Source of the DNA: an uncultured Bacteroidota bacterium
Lineage (GTDB): Bacteria > Bacteroidota > Bacteroidia > UKL13-3
Assembly: GCA_903898215.1 (NCBI GenBank)
Contig: CAIUEQ010000126.1
Span: 1-58,635 of the forward strand
DNA length: 58,635 nt
Direction of reading: 5' to 3'
Within the stretch, counting starts at the first letter, position 1. Each line of letters begins with the position of its first letter. The translations under genes and the position numbers were made by a program. This document shows positions 56,835 through 58,635 of the stretch, in pieces. Under the pieces are notes generated by a model, which worked only from the letters and a program-made list of their open reading frames with translations, ran no database searches and was not told the origin of the DNA.

Positions 56835-58526
56835 ATGAATAACAACGCAATTATAGAATGTGTGCCCAATTTTAGCGAAGGCTGCGATATGAATATCATC
56901 AAACAAATTACTGATGAAGTTGAGAAAATTGATGGTGTAAAATTACTGGATGTTGATGCTGGAAAAGCAACAAACAGAACTGTGGTAACTTTTGTCGGAC
57001 ATCCAGATACAGTGATTGAAGCAGCATTTTTTGCCATTAAAAAAGCCGGTGAAATTATTGACATGAGCAAACATAAAGGTGAACATCCACGAATGGGAGC
57101 AACTGATGTTTGTCCGTTAATTCCTGTAAGCGGAATTAGCATGGAAGAAACAGCAGAGTATGCAAAAAAACTTGGAAAACGTGTGGGAGAAGAATTAAAT
57201 ATTCCGATATATCTTTATGAATATGCGCAAAAAAATGCTGCAAGAAATAATCTTTCAGTAATCAGAAATGGAGAATATGAAGGATTTTTTGATAAGATAA
57301 AATTGCCTGAATGGAAACCTGATTTTGGCGTAGCTGTAATGAACGAAAAAGCCGGTGCAACAGTTATTGGAGCTCGCGATTTTTTGATCGCTTACAATAT
57401 TAATCTCAACACAAAATCTGTGCGTTTGGCAAATTCTGTGGCATTTGATGTACGTGAAGCTGGTCGTGTAAAACGGGATGGAAATCCTATCACCGGGAAA
57501 ATTGTAAAAGATGATAATGGTGAAGATGTAAGAATTCCCGGAACATTAAAAGCATGTAAAGCTATCGGTTGGTATATTGAAGAATATGGTATCGCACAAA
57601 TTTCGATGAACCTTACTAACTATAAAATCACTTCTGTTCATAAAGCTTTTGAAGAAGTGTGCAAGAGTGCCGATAAGCGTGGATTGCGTGTTACAGGCTC
57701 GGAGTTGGTTGGGTTAATTCCTCTTGATGCGATGCTTGAAGCTGGAAAATATTTCCTGCAAAAACAAAAACGTTCGCTTGGTGTGAGCGAAGAAGAGTTA
57801 ATTCAAATTGCGATAAAATCTTTGGGACTTGATGAACTTTCTCCGTTCGATCCAAACAAAAAAATCATCGAATATAAATTGCGTGATATGGCAAATGAAA
57901 AATTAATTCGCATGAATTTAATTGACTTTGCAAACGAAACTGCTTCCGAAAGTGTTGCTCCCGGAGGTGGTTCAATCAGTGCTTATATGGGCAGTTTAGG
58001 TGTGGCATTGGGAACAATGGTAGCAAATATTTCTGCAGGAAAACGTGGTTGGGAAGAGCAAGTTTCTTTTTTCAGCGAGTGGGCCGAAAAAGGACAAAAA
58101 CTAAAAGATGATCTGTTGAAATTAGTTGATGAAGACACACGTGCTTTTGATGAAATTATGAAAGCTTTTGGTTTGCCAAAAAACACCGATGAAGAAAAAA
58201 AATTGAGAAGTGAAGCTATTCAAGAGGCTACAAAATATGCTTGTGAAGTTCCTCTAAGAACAATGTCGGCAGCTAGCAATGCGCTTGTTATGCTTGAACC
58301 GATGATTGAAAAAGGAAATCAAAATTCGGTGACCGATGCAGGTGTGGGTGTATTATGTGTGAGAGCAGCCGTGCAAGGTGCATACATGAATGTGTTGGTA
58401 AATGCTAAAGGTTTAAAAGATGTTTCATTTGCACAACATGTGATCGAAGAAGCAAAAACTATTTTAGCAAAAACAAATTTGAAAGCAGATGAGTTGGTAA
58501 AAAAAGTTGAGAAGGTGATTGAGTAA
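56835..58526 (+). CDS. ftcD: Bifunctional glutamate formimidoyltransferase / formimidoyltetrahydrofolate cyclodeaminase
   Basis: 563 aa. The N-terminal transferase has ECVPNFSEG and HPRMGATDV. The C-terminal all-helical region of about 200 aa is cyclodeaminase-like (APGGGSISAYMGSLG...). Confidence 0.85.
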   Translation: MNNNAIIECVPNFSEGCDMNIIKQITDEVEKIDGVKLLDVDAGKATNRTVVTFVGHPDTVIEAAFFAIKKAGEIIDMSKHKGEHPRMGATDVCPLIPVSGISMEETAEYAKKLGKRVGEELNIPIYLYEYAQKNAARNNLSVIRNGEYEGFFDKIKLPEWKPDFGVAVMNEKAGATVIGARDFLIAYNINLNTKSVRLANSVAFDVREAGRVKRDGNPITGKIVKDDNGEDVRIPGTLKACKAIGWYIEEYGIAQISMNLTNYKITSVHKAFEEVCKSADKRGLRVTGSELVGLIPLDAMLEAGKYFLQKQKRSLGVSEEELIQIAIKSLGLDELSPFDPNKKIIEYKLRDMANEKLIRMNLIDFANETASESVAPGGGSISAYMGSLGVALGTMVANISAGKRGWEEQVSFFSEWAEKGQKLKDDLLKLVDEDTRAFDEIMKAFGLPKNTDEEKKLRSEAIQEATKYACEVPLRTMSAASNALVMLEPMIEKGNQNSVTDAGVGVLCVRAAVQGAYMNVLVNAKGLKDVSFAQHVIEEAKTILAKTNLKADELVKKVEKVIE

Positions 58527-58635
58527 TTCTTTTTGTAGAGACATTTTTTTGTAGAGACGTTGCATGCAACGTCTCTACAAAAAAATGTCTCTACAAAAAG
58601 AATTACTCAATCACCTTCTCAACTTTTTTTACCAA
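58494..58635. repeat. 142-bp perfect inverted repeat (fold-back) running off the window edge; contains copy 2 of the 36-bp palindromic element
   Basis: The symmetry centre lies between 58564 and 58565 (GTTGCA|TGCAAC). Every base from 58565 to 58635 is the reverse complement of 58564 down to 58494. The left arm includes the last 33 nt of ftcD (31 nt upstream of its TAA stop codon and 2 nt beyond it). Confidence 0.9.

Noticed and set aside
56801-57142. 113-aa minus-strand ORF overlapping the ldcA end and ftcD start
   Set aside because: It is antisense to the conserved N-terminus of FtcD (ECVPNFSEG region) and has no motifs.

Overview
This is a 58.6-kb, AT-rich, densely packed chromosomal segment that reads as Bacteroidota. 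Supporting signs are a giant adhesin with a T9SS-type C-terminal sorting domain, the short-glgA/DUF4270 pair divergent from panC, bshA, DUF2851/DUF4468-type genes and TAnnTTTG-type -7 boxes. I support about 51 protein-coding genes, and most are housekeeping:
- Nucleotide and cofactor metabolism: carB, pyrF, menB/menD, panC, tadA, SOD.
- Sugar and cell-wall metabolism: glmS, DAHP synthase, mannose-1-P guanylyltransferase, LD-carboxypeptidase.
- Other core functions: kup, recQ, fused formiminotransferase-cyclodeaminase, aat, ComEC.
- Envelope and polysaccharide genes: GT2, rfbC, an SDR epimerase, rfbD, and two GT-C-like membrane proteins.
- One OmpR-type two-component system.

I recognised no rRNA, tRNA, CRISPR array, transposase or integrase by eye.

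The best candidate for an undescribed system is a translationally coupled two-gene cassette at 30063-31930 (minus strand). It encodes a 499-aa PIN / GNAT-like / ASCH-like fusion protein followed by a 123-aa stand-alone ASCH protein. I read it as a candidate RNA-directed toxin-immunity or defence module, and that function is inference only.

Other points worth a second look:
- A 36-bp perfect palindromic element occurs twice, each time immediately after a stop codon.
- A 142-bp perfect fold-back at the 3' edge of the window mirrors the end of the last gene. It is most likely a contig-end assembly artefact.
- The adhesin carries ten tandem repeats of about 82 aa, with an A10 tract upstream of its start codon.
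- Several intergenic spacers contain clusters of short GC-cored hairpins.

All domain calls come from motif recognition by eye; no searches were run.
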